DNA of 64,000 bases from positions 1,922,001-1,986,000 of the forward strand of contig JBLDXI010000010.1 of the NCBI GenBank assembly GCA_047495785.1, read 5' to 3'. Position numbers and translations under genes: made by a program. A model generated the notes under the pieces. That model saw only the letters and a program-made list of their open reading frames with translations. It was not told where the DNA came from and made no database searches. The DNA is from Lepidodermella squamata (taxonomy: Eukaryota; Animalia; Gastrotricha). Shown here one piece after another: positions 37,428 through 49,000 of the stretch (position 1 is its first letter; each line of letters begins with the position of its first letter).

Positions 37428-39749
37428 ATGGTCACAACGCGCTGTCTTCTGGTCTTATTCGCCTGCATTACTCGTTTGGGTGGCCAAACGATGCCCGAAA
37501 TGCTTACTTCGCTACCACGACTGAATAGTCTTCTCTTCTACTTCCCGACCGGTCTGATCTGGAATCTCCTTGTTTTTGACAGGAATGGCAATACCAATAC
37601 TTTTACCACGAACAACCCTCGGTATTCGATTACCAAGCCTGATGGGCCTTTTGGAGGTGGGTCGTATACTACAAACTTTAATTTCGGTTTAGCTCTGGGC
37701 GAATTCCCCGCTTTAAATGAGCTGACCCTCGCCTTTTACTACTTCGGACCGTGCGATAAAAATGGAGCTGTCTTCTTGTCGATATTTGTGAACATTTATT
37801 GTAACACTAATAACTTCCGTGTCCGCGATGGCTTGGGAATTCTATTGCCGAATGACTTTCCGTATGCGACGCCGAACGCATGGCAACTGGCAATCTTTAC
37901 ATACAACAACGTTTCAAAACAACTGTCCTACTACAAAGAGACTCTCGCTGATGCTACGCCAACGTCCCTTGCGCAAATTAATGTAGATCTGCAGCCGTCT
38001 ACTTATTATGGCGGAGGAGTTCAGATCGGATCAGTGCATGATGGGAATGATTTTATATACATGGATGAAGCGACACAAAGAATGGCATGTGTAAGCTACT
38101 ATTCAGTCGTGCTGACAATCGACGAAATGGCAAGACTATCAGCAGCATGTAGCCGATCGCAAACAGCTGCTACTACAACTGAACAAGTAACTACTACAAC
38201 GACAACAACCTTGGCACCAAGCGAAGCTACTTCTACAACATCGGGTACAGCTTCGCAGCCTATTCCGGTCTCAAATCCGATGACAGCAACGCAGGGAAGC
38301 CAGTCTTCTGCTACCCAGGGCACGGCTATCGCTACACTAGCTGCATCAAGTTCGACAGGGACAACGCCGGGGAGTCAGTCTTCTGCTGGCCAGGGCACGA
38401 CTATTGCTATGCTAGTTTCAACAAGTTCGACAGAGAAAACACAGAACAGTCAGTCGTTTGCTAGCCAGGAAACGACTATTGCTATGCCGTTAACATCGAA
38501 CCCACCCTCAACAACCTTTACAGCGACGCCTGCAAATGCCTCATTGACTGCAATACCTCGGCAGGTTGAGCAAACTTTGGCCGTTGAGTCAAAACTGGGT
38601 AGCACCCAAACCGCCCAAAGCCTAATCGAGTATCTAGATGACTACAAAGAGCCACCCCCAAGCCGAGCCTTCGATACAGCCGAGAATGTGCTGAAAAATT
38701 GCGATCACTTTGAAAGTAGCAGATTTTCTCCACCCCAAATCGACTTAACGACGCCCAATGTTGTCAATATTACATTTTACGTCCCCAGCCTGTTAGAATT
38801 GTCTAGCTCAGCTGACACAATATCAGTTAGTGGTGTTTTGCTGATGTCATGGAGAGTTAACACATGTCCAAGAAAGTCCAGCGATCCTATTACCTCTCGC
38901 CCGAAGGAACAGATCTATGTTGCTAGGCCTGATCAGATTTGGTTGCCGCAAATAAGATTTTTGAACAGTGCCCAGTCGAATATCTACATGAAGAATGTTG
39001 CTGTTGGAGACGATTTCTTGGTAACTATGAACGGCGTGGGGTCGGAGACGGAGCCAAACAAAACCTTCAACTTTTACTGGACAAGGGAAGGCTTCTTCAA
39101 GGCTGATTGCATGCAGATCATTGCGGATTTCCCGTTCGATACACAGACATGCATTTTTGAGTTCAGCCTCACGAGATCGCGTAGAATCTTGACATTCGCC
39201 GATCCGCCGACTTTTCTCTGGGATATTGGGGCTGTTGACAACACTGAATGGGTGGTGAAGGATCTCTCAAGTCGATTGTCGTGGGCACGCTTCAATGGCT
39301 TCAACGTTACAACAGCCGTGTTTGAAGTCACCCTCAAGCGGCTCCCGAGGTATTATATCGACAATCTCTATCTGCCCACAGCAATTCTGGGTGGCTTAGA
39401 CCTTGCGACTTTCTTCATGGCCCCTGGTATGCCTGAGCGACCTTCATTCACTGTGACTATCCTACTGGCAATGGCTGTATCCCAAACGGAGTTAATCAGC
39501 GGATCCGCAAGCACGGATAATACTATTCTCAGCAGTTACATGCAAATGATGGCTTGGTTCTCGGCTGCGGTCACCCTTTACCAAATGATAGCCCTGTGGC
39601 TAGTCCGTTCTCTCTTCGTAGGAAAACGAACGATGAAGAGGCTGTTGCGAGGCCACATCAGTTTGGCCAGGCTTATTGATGCAATAGCGTTCATTGTAGC
39701 CTTGGCATTTTTCGGCTTCGCCAACGGATTTGTGCTCGGCAAGTGCTGA
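37428..39749 (+). CDS. Intronless Cys-loop ion channel subunit with N-terminal LamG/pentraxin-like domain and mucin stalk
   Basis: Signal peptide; about 220-aa beta-rich domain (ELTLAFYY...NAWQLAIFTYN...LSYY...VQIGS...MACVSYYSVVLTIDEM..L..AC); S/T-rich stalk; IWLPQIRFLN; Cys-loop C-MQIIADFPFDTQT-C; VTLKRLPRYY; M1-M4 with PERPSFTVTILLAM. Confidence 0.9.
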   Translation: MVTTRCLLVLFACITRLGGQTMPEMLTSLPRLNSLLFYFPTGLIWNLLVFDRNGNTNTFTTNNPRYSITKPDGPFGGGSYTTNFNFGLALGEFPALNELTLAFYYFGPCDKNGAVFLSIFVNIYCNTNNFRVRDGLGILLPNDFPYATPNAWQLAIFTYNNVSKQLSYYKETLADATPTSLAQINVDLQPSTYYGGGVQIGSVHDGNDFIYMDEATQRMACVSYYSVVLTIDEMARLSAACSRSQTAATTTEQVTTTTTTTLAPSEATSTTSGTASQPIPVSNPMTATQGSQSSATQGTAIATLAASSSTGTTPGSQSSAGQGTTIAMLVSTSSTEKTQNSQSFASQETTIAMPLTSNPPSTTFTATPANASLTAIPRQVEQTLAVESKLGSTQTAQSLIEYLDDYKEPPPSRAFDTAENVLKNCDHFESSRFSPPQIDLTTPNVVNITFYVPSLLELSSSADTISVSGVLLMSWRVNTCPRKSSDPITSRPKEQIYVARPDQIWLPQIRFLNSAQSNIYMKNVAVGDDFLVTMNGVGSETEPNKTFNFYWTREGFFKADCMQIIADFPFDTQTCIFEFSLTRSRRILTFADPPTFLWDIGAVDNTEWVVKDLSSRLSWARFNGFNVTTAVFEVTLKRLPRYYIDNLYLPTAILGGLDLATFFMAPGMPERPSFTVTILLAMAVSQTELISGSASTDNTILSSYMQMMAWFSAAVTLYQMIALWLVRSLFVGKRTMKRLLRGHISLARLIDAIAFIVALAFFGFANGFVLGKC
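38282..38500 (+). repeat. Three diverged about 75-nt (25-aa) coding tandem repeats in the mucin stalk
   Basis: TQGSQSSATQGTAIATLAASSST / TPGSQSSAGQGTTIAMLVSTSST / TQNSQSFASQETTIAMPLTS. Confidence 0.85.
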
Positions 39750-41063
39750 ACAACTTTCAACCTAAAGATGTCAAATTCCTGACTATCAGTCAGAACAATT
39801 ATAATATTTCTCATGATCTATTTTAATTTTTCTCACTTATTTAACTCGAAGAGCTTTTTGAAATTTCTAATCACAATTCTGGTAAAATTATGCAGCATAT
39901 TTAGCGCGTTCCTAGCTCGCGAAAAAATCTGCGCTGAAATCGAAATTTCGGTGATTCTCAATATAATTTGGTATTTCCATTTCTAAGTAAAGCTTAAAAA
40001 AATGCTGTCAGGGTTCAGGAGTCGATATATCTGTTAGCAAAGGTAATTTGCGCATTCATCGCTTTCATTCAAATCGGGGCGACGCATGGGATTGAAGATC
40101 ATTGGACAAGCGTGCGTAAACACATTAATTTCATTGGCGGCAACATGAAAATCATTCTCGCCAGCAGCCAGCACCACAAATGAACGAGATTGGATGTTTG
40201 TTGCCAGATTTTTGCAATTTGTTTGGGAGATAAGTCGAGTATAAACAGTGTTTGGTATGTGAGACTACGCCGAGTTAATTTCCGACATTACCAGTCAATT
40301 AAGACTCAAAGATATCATTATTTATCGATCAAATTGTGAAAAATAAACACATAGGTCCCAATTCAATTTTTTGAAATGGGGGTAAATATATATTGCAAAG
40401 ATGCCGGTGTGATGCCGATGCGAGGGCTGAAAGTCTTTATTTTCAAAAGTTATACAACACGGATGCAAAGATATAATGTGTATATAATGTTAAAGTAATA
40501 AAATGAAACGAAATCACCGACAAATGCAAACTATGAGAGACTTCGATATTAAAAAAAGAGTTATTCTCAGTGACAACCGAGCAAATAAACCAGGAAAATC
40601 ACCCAATATTTTGCAATGGAACTGCGTCAAAATTCATCATCCACTTTAGAAAACTTGAAAAAAACTTTCGCAAAATAAATTAGAAAGCTTTCAGTCATAT
40701 ACCTTAAAAGGTATAACTTGGCTCATACGTCTTGTCTAGGATATTACAACCCTATTACAACAGCCAAAAGTTACTATTACTGATAAAGAGCCTGCAATTC
40801 TGCAATATGTAGCAGTTTTTCAACTTCTCGTTTTGGAAAGAATAAATGAAAACTGTAACTCGGACAGACTGAAGAATTAAAAAACATGAGTAAGTAATCA
40901 CGAGGTGCCAATTAACACACAGATGCAAATTATACTACCGGGAGGAGCCGAATAATGCAGGCTGAAAACTCGAATACAAGCATTCTCAACGGTAATCCTA
41001 ATTTAGCTGAGTTACTTTACATGCTTTGAAATTTGATAGAAATTTAGTAAACTTTGAAAACAC

Positions 41064-44000
41064 TTAGGAGGTCGTGCGATGGTCCCATGAAAAGAGACAA
41101 CAGTTCGTCGAAGGTTTAGGCAGGGTTGAAAAGCAACGCTGCAAACCATGCTGGATCAAAGGTAATAGCCTCGTCGCAGCTGTAATAGACCATAACTGAA
41201 TAGTATTCAGAATAAACCTTTCATTCTTACCTTAGGTCCGAAAACCACCGATATAACTGTAGAGCTTATTGCTACAGCGATCCAGCCTATACCCAGTTGC
41301 AATTTGCCTCCGTCATCGCGAAACACGGCTGCAATCACGCCACCGATAGCGACTACTATTACTGCGATGCCATATGATGCATTCGTTACCAAATGCAGGT
41401 CGTTGATGTGAATATTAGGCTTCTGAGTATTTCCGATCAAAAAATATTAGTTGTAGGTTATTTGCGACTCCCAAAACTTACTTGACGTAAGAAAAATGCG
41501 AGAGATAACGCTCGAAGCAATAGGATCCCAATGTAGCCGAATAGGATTACTAGAATAAAGGTTGATTTCCAAGTAGGAGGAACAACGCAGAAGTATGTAT
41601 AATGCTGGTATGCATTGCTTTCGTACATTTCTAGGGTAGTATTGACTTGACCAGAAGTCAGAGGCTCAATGGAGTACCAGGCCACATTGATTACAGCCGA
41701 AATAACTATTCCAATAGCAGTTAGCAAAACAGACAACCACTTGTACTTGTTGACGAGCTGTAAATCTTTCTTCCCTACAGGTTCCTCGAGCTTCATTTCT
41801 TTACTGGGCCGTGCAGCAGGGGTAACTTTAAAGCTGGGCTTTGTAACCGCTGGTTTCCCGATCCCTTTAGCATGGAAAACTAGAGCAGCGTCGAGTTTAG
41901 CGATACATGCACCCATAACTGCTCCGAAGCCAACGTTGGTCATGAAGAAAGCTGACATGCATTGCAAATGCATATTCGTGTGACCTTCGAAAGGAAAAGC
42001 GAACACACTTGTTGTAAGGGCTATTATTCCTATGAGCAATGCGAAGTTGGTTCTTGGAAATGAGTTTTCAAAAGCATAGTTCTTCTTAGAACTTTGGCGA
42101 AGGTGCAAGCAGACGATTACTAGGATGAAGAGCAAAAGCAGCGCCGCCACAGCTGAATGAATAAAAACGAATACTTACATCATAGCTCCGATTCAATCAT
42201 CAGATCAAAGGTTAGCTAAAAGGAAAAAACTGCTGTACGATAGGTCAGATTTTGATGAGGAGCCTTTGAAAATTGAACAATTGAGAAAAAGCTTAGTCGT
42301 GACTCTACATAATTCGGAAAAGGGAGAGAATGGGAGTGTTACATGGAAATTTACCGTATAGGATGCCAACAGTATAAATCTCGGCTAGAGGTTCCTTAAC
42401 CATAATCGTTCGTATTGAATCAAAAGGAGGAAGGCCATTTCCCGTGAGCCAGTTGACCTCGCCAGGGCCATTAACCACAATAGGTAACGACTTTTTATCC
42501 GGTGTAAAGATTGAGGCAACAGCCCGAGGCCAAATGGTAAGGGCTTTTGGCGTATCGTTTGCGAGATTAGCCACTTTTTGCATTTGATAAAACGCGATAT
42601 GCAAGGTTTGGTTCAACGTTTCTGTCGTTGGGTCAAATTTATAATCACGAAGAGTTAAGCCGTCGTATTTCAGGTCGAGAATGTTTCTCTTTAAAATTTG
42701 CTCGATGACTTTCCCGTCTCTTCTGAAATTTTCTCCACTTGTCATCCAATCTTTCAAGGTTTCGTTTCCTGTTTAGAAGAAATATAAATACCCCTCAACA
42801 GATTTAATGTCGGATTAGGTCTTACTCGATGTCTTGAGATAGATGTTCGTTGCATTAAGGACTAGCCCTGCCGTGATAACTTCTATGTAACAATAGGTCC
42901 TCCAGTCCCACCAAACTGAATTTAGCTCAGGCTTTTCGATTGATTCCTTCAATTGGCGCTCGAATGATTTCGCAGTCGTCCCAAGTGAGTCGATAGCCTT
43001 CTCAGGGTAATCATTTATCAATGTCGAACTCGTGAAGAAAATAACGCTCTCCAGTGTCTGAAATCAACCTCCTTCATAAAACCGAAAAGCAACATTCAAG
43101 AAAATACCTCGTAAAGCATTTGCTCAGTACACCAGCGTTGATAATGATCCTTAGAATTTGGCATGAAGAAAGAAGTTCCGAACATGAAAATTACATATTT
43201 GGGCCCGTAAAGTTGGAAACGATGGAACCAGCAAGCTACTAGTGCGCTGAAATATGAATTTACAATGATGATTCGTGGATCGTTGATGAGCAGTTCCTGA
43301 ATAACTGGCTCAATTTGCAAAGCAGGTATGGGAGTTCCAGCGAAAAATATCAATTTAGCGAATCCAGTTATTGTTATGTTGTAAGCTTGAGCTTCTCGGC
43401 TGATTGTATCATCAATCTGAAAGTTTAACTTCAAGTAATTAGGAAGCTCATAAGTTTCAAGTCTCACTGTAGCCCAATAGTTGGAATTTTCAGACAAAAT
43501 GGCGATTTTTCGCCACCCAATGTGATGGATGTAGTGAATGAGGTATTTGTACGTTAGATCGTATGAAGCCATTTGTAGGACAAATAAATTGCTGAAGAGT
43601 TTTCGATTGGCCAAAATCTCAGGACTAGGCGTCCCAGCTGCTATCTGTTTCATAGATGAGATACAGAAATGCGATGGGTAACAAATCTCACCCCAGTGAT
43701 GTGAAACTGCTTCATTACAGGCGCTGTGTTGATTTGAGATGGACAGATCGGTCCAATCATAAGTGGCAATCTATTAGCAGCCGTTTCACTTGCAATCAGA
43801 GCTGATATAAGCCTCTCAGTTCCCGGACTCCTCGAACACTGAAAATTCATTGTCAAACATTCGTCACAGAAAATACTTCTTAATTTACCATGTCATCAAT
43901 GGGCTCAACCACTAAATCGAACTCAGTCAAGACGTTAGCTTTGCGGAGAGTGTCTAGCCCTATCCGAATGCTTTCAGAACATATTGGGCCCATAGATAGG

Positions 44001-44220
44001 AATTGACCACCTGAAACAAAAGTCCCCTCTTGCTTCGGCACATGGCTATAACGCACTCGGATTGCTTACCATAATTTATCGATCCAAGGATTCGAAGTTG
44101 CGGTTTTGAAAGATTTAAGCCATTTGAAGGCGTGATCAAGTCAGGCATGGGCGATTTTGCCGTCAACCGTTGGCCTGTGGCCATGAAAACGCCGTGGAAA
44201 ATAGAGATAAGACCGAGCAT
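41064..44220 (-). CDS. Divergent class C GPCR, GABA-B-receptor-like (multi-exon)
   Basis: Venus-flytrap/ANF-receptor-like N-terminus (LDTLRKANVLTEFDL...DDMC, MIGPICPS, GWRKIAIL, DPRIIIV, LYGPKYVIF) joined without a cysteine-rich domain to 7 TM segments (PRTNFALLIG, GFGAVMGACIAK, WYSIEPL, FGYIGILLL, IND, VFGPK). Confidence 0.82.
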
Positions 44221-45680
44221 TTCTCGGCGATGAAAATTGTTGACGATGTCCTCAGTCTGGCTGACATTTTCAGGTTGAGTATGTGAACTGAAAAAGAAGA
44301 CTAATTGGTAGTTTTCACGTTTATTCACTCATTAGCAGCGAACGAAAAACGTGTCTGCAGCACGTTTTGAGTCAAGTTCTGCGTCGATCGATTCAAAAGC
44401 GAGGTGGCTCTGCTACAAAAGTCATGTATTGCGAAAGCAGAACGTATGCAGACGACTGATTCAGGTGGAACAACATTGAGGTGCACATTTTTATCTTCGC
44501 TTCCGGAAACAACTTCAGCGATGCAGCGGAAAGTGGAGCCTTTGATGCATTTCTTGACGTTCTGTTGGAGGCTAACACTAATACCGTATTGCTGCAAATA
44601 CTAACCCGGGCTTATGCAAAGTTGGAAGGCCGAAAATCAACCAAAACTAGGCTTCTATTCGAGAGTGGGCTTCTTTTTGAGGGTGGGGTTATAAAACTAG
44701 AGCTTCCGAAACTTCCAATGACTTCGCTCATCAACCCATCAAATTATCAAAGTTTTCACCAAAGTTTTCATCAGTTTTTAGCACATGTCTGCAGGCATTC
44801 TCGGCGTAGCGGACTTGAACTTGGGAGAAAAACTCCGAAATGCTGGGCAGGCGATAGCGCCGCTCGAGATTGGTGATGCGAACGTTGAGAATCGCACACA
44901 GGCACTTGTTTTGGAGGACGTCGAGGCGGCGTAACTGTTGCTTTGCAGCTGGCGAAAAGACGACGCAGCCGAAAGAGGAAGGCTGCTGTTGCTCGTTGTT
45001 TTAAGCGTCTGAACGACCCAGCTATCCTCAAGAAAGTTGTAAACAAATTCCCGCCTCGCTACTCAGCCGTAATCTTTCAAGAAGGAGGGTATTTCGAGCA
45101 TTTATTTTAATTTTTTAGCAACCATTTTTGTTGAAAATCTTTATCACACCTACCTAATAAATTCAGTTTGTTTGTCTATTACTTTTTGACCCTGAGTCGC
45201 ACGAAGACGGGCTATAGCTAAAAAATAACAGGAGTCCTCTTATTTCGCACGGATATAGGCTCGTGGAAAAATTCTACGAAGTGACCAAAGGGCGGTTAAA
45301 AAACTTGGGTCACAATTTCTTGGATTGTAGATTAAGACAGAGGAAATCACGAAGAACACGCTGTTTATTTGTTTCGTTAATCTGTTAATTGTCGTGATCA
45401 AAGTTGAAATCGAAACACTTTTTAATGGCCCTGGTAGCCAGCATCGCGGTACCGAAATGTGGGCAACTAGGACTATTAAATACTGCCTAATTTTCGACTT
45501 CCTCGTCGGTTTCAAAATTAAAATTTCGAATAAATAACCAGCGTGTTCCTCGGGACGCCCTCTTTCTGAATCTGTCGTCCAATTGTGAGTAGAAATAATA
45601 ATAAGCGCGGAACCACCAAAAAATGAACCGATTATTTTGTTTACTTCAAGCGCTATCAGCTGAAAAATCTGGCGTAGCAC

Positions 45681-45780
45681 CTTTTCTCGTGAGTAAGCAG
45701 TCTATAGTCTATGGGGTCGCCTCATGAACTAGGAGAGCCATAGACATAATTTAAGATAGACTGACTACTCACGAGAAAAG
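45681..45780. repeat. Inverted repeat/hairpin with 25-nt arms
   Basis: CTTTTCTCGTGAGTAAGCAGTCTAT (45681-45705) pairs with ATAGACTGACTACTCACGAGAAAAG (45756-45780, 2 mismatches). An inner GTCTATGG/CCATAGAC pair is also present. Confidence 0.8.
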
Positions 45781-46020
45781 AGCGGAACACCATGGGTCGC
45801 AGATGTTCAGCTGAATCATGAAAAAGCTCAAAATTGCGGTGGGAAAGTAAACAAAGAATTTGATTTTCCTTCGATCGATTTCGTTAAATCAGAGCTGGTT
45901 CTCTCAAGTTTGTTGATGGAGCCTTAAAGAGAATATTATGGGGAACAAGGTGGTTATTTTTTCGTGATTTTTTATTGCTTCCATTTGCAAAACGTAAAAA
46001 GCAGTAAAATAAGCAATTGT

Positions 46021-49000
46021 TTATGGAACAATTATTTCAGCGTCTTTGTTTGGATGGGGTTTTGCCACCAGTCTGAAAAGCATGAATATTTAACCCAGTG
46101 ATATTAAATGTTACATTTTCTCATTTTACTTATTGACTGGAAAATCAACGCGACCACGAATCGCGCCCTCCCAAACAACAGTGATTTCACTAATCTCAAG
46201 TTGATAGTCGATATCCTTGCAGTTATGCCCGATCGCAATTCGAGTCACCTCGCCAACACCGACCGCCGAAATATTGAATGTGCTCAACGTATTAGGCTGC
46301 AGAAATGGTGTGCCGTTGATAGTTTTTCGCAGACCCCTCTTTCCAGTATTCAACGGAGTCTTGCCCATTAAAACTGCGTAGACTACAACATCTTTCGGCA
46401 ATTGCTTCGAAGTTTTAGGGCCGAGTCTCAAGCTCAATTCATATCTCAACGGAATTCCAGCCGGATTCTCGAAGTAAGCAGCAGTACATTCTCGAACGAT
46501 TTCACCGTCTTCCTTCGATTCAGAAAGCCAGTTATCGACCTCAAAATGTAGCGTGAACTCCCTGGGCCTGGCCAAGCTTTGAAGAGAGAACTTGTCCAAA
46601 TACCAATCACGATGCGTCCCGATGTTGTTATGCTCAATCCTAGCCTTGAGGAGGGACCCAATTTGATCAATTGGGACTTTAATCGGGAAGGAATCAACTG
46701 CGCCAGGGCGGAATGTAACAGTCGGTGCACCTTTTTTACCCCCCGGTCCGATAGCCGAGTTCGGTTTCATTAGGGTGACTGGAGGAAGAGGGGCCTTCTC
46801 CCCAAAGAGGGTCAAAATCACCCCGGTATTTATACTCATTTCAAACTCCGGACCTGTAGTCACAAAAGCCAAGTAATCGTCCTTGCCAGCGTTTTCAAAA
46901 GGCTTCCCGGGGTTTTTCAAGGTGACTGGGAATGTGGCTGTTTTATTCGACAGCGGGTCTAGTAGACGATTGCAATCGAAGATAAACTCCTCTCCTCCCA
47001 ACGGATGGGCCTGGACTAGGATTCTTGACGCATGCCATTTCGCGTTTGAATCTTTCGACTGCATGGTCAGGATTACTTTCTTGATATCCCCTATATCGAT
47101 CGCTTCAATATCGAACAGATCCATTTGATTAGGAGCAAATTTCTTCACGTGACACTTCGAGTTCGCTAACCTCCTCTTTCCAGTATCTCCCAAGGATCCG
47201 AACATTTCTAAGAAGATATGCGCGGGCTTTTCGGTTTTGTCAACGCCCATCGGACCTGTCCAAGTTGCGACTTGGTATTTATGGCATTTGAGCTGTTGTT
47301 TCGCTTTTTTGATAAGGAATTCGCGCCAGCCATCTTGCCGAACCCCAGCCCATACCCATTCGTTGACCGTACATGAATATTGAGGCCCATTCAGCATCTC
47401 CAGAATGATCTCTTCAATGAATAAGGTGGGTTTTTGTGACCAGTCCTCGAAACCAACTCGTAGTTTGAATACCTAAATGAAAAGAATTCGAATTTGTATT
47501 CAGCATTCAGAATATGCATTGGAAGGTCTACCTCATCGATGTCTTCAATCTCGGCCTTGAATTGATGGACTTGTTTTGGAACGAATCCATTCGCTTGTTT
47601 GAGTGTTACAACGCTGCTTGTTTTTCGACCGCATATCTGAAGGCCGAGGGGTGTTTGGGTTGCTGACATAGCAAAGTTTCCCGTTCGTATTTTGACGACC
47701 CAAGTACGTTCTAGATAAGATGAGAGTAACGTGGAATAATAAAGCCCAAGAAAGAATAAAATGTAGCTTACTGGGAGCTGTGGTGGCTGATTGAGCATCA
47801 GTGCTATAACAAAGAATGATATTTGATAATAATAATGTTCGCTATCAGATCGAAATACTGTGAAACTTACTTGAATGTGAAGACAAATTCCTTCCGTTTC
47901 GGCCAATGTAGTGGAACAACGATGACTTTGTTGATGAAACTTCGCAAAGCTGCGACCACGTCTTCATTCGGTCCTCCAAAAGTAATGTTCTTGATATCAC
48001 CACAATCTGGTGCGTCGTCGATTTCGAACACATCCATTTGACCGGGTTTAAATCTCACAGGATTGTTGAGGGATGTATTCAGCCAGCATTTATCAGTGAT
48101 AACTCTCTCGCCCTTGAGTTTAATGTAGATTGCTGCTCGGGCGCCGATGTCTGACGCTGCTTTTCGCATGTAGACTTCGACGCGGTATCTTGGTTCGGCT
48201 GATGGAGCTTTAGGAGCAGCGCCCATCGCGAATCGGTGAAGTGTGCCACTCATAACGTGTTTCAGTCGTACTTCTTGAACTTTCCAGGGATGCTTATAAG
48301 AGAAAATAACTAATGGAAGCAGACCCGAATAAGTTATAAATCTTACATTTCCCGAGGTTTTGGGACCATGGCCGAACCGAAGCTACGAAAGATGCAAGAT
48401 TAATTTAATTTAATTCATTCATATCTCTCGAATTCTCCTCCTTTGCATTATAAGATCTATACCTTAAAAATTAAAAGCATTCAAAGCTCGTCATACCTTT
48501 TGCAGTTCGCCGAGGTCTTCCTTGATAATCATTGGATAGTCCTTACTCACACCAGGCGCCAGTTCGATATCCAAATAATACGGCGCTGTCTCACCTCGCT
48601 CGCCGAACAGCACCAAACTGATTTGCAACTCATCCTTAGGTTGATCTGCATTATTGGTCCATGACATTATCCACTCTCGAGGATCCGCATCCTTATCCGC
48701 GGCCACTTTTTCAACCGTAACTGAAGGTCCCATTTTATTTCGCTCATACTCGAAAACATACTCCGTCTTCGGCTTGTGAAGAGGTCGGACCACGATTTTT
48801 TGAAGAAAGAATCCCGCGGTCTCGCCCGGCTTGTTGTGAATGAACTGAACACTTTTCACCTCACCGACATCAACACCTTCAATTTCGAACTTCAGCACAT
48901 CTTCAGGCTTTGGTTTCTTGAAATCTGGCTCTTTGTAGTTGACAACCGTTCGTTTACCAGTGTCGCCTAATTTCCCGCGAATGATAACCTTTGCAATTAT

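Noticed and set aside
43960-44328. Apparent premature stop in the first ORF of GPCR1
   Set aside because: A short GT-AG intron after SINY restores the frame (GGQFLSMGPICSES...), so it is not a pseudogene on this evidence.
44330-45090. Coding-like + strand fragments upstream of GPCR1
   Set aside because: Interrupted by stops with no recognisable domain, so it cannot be called.
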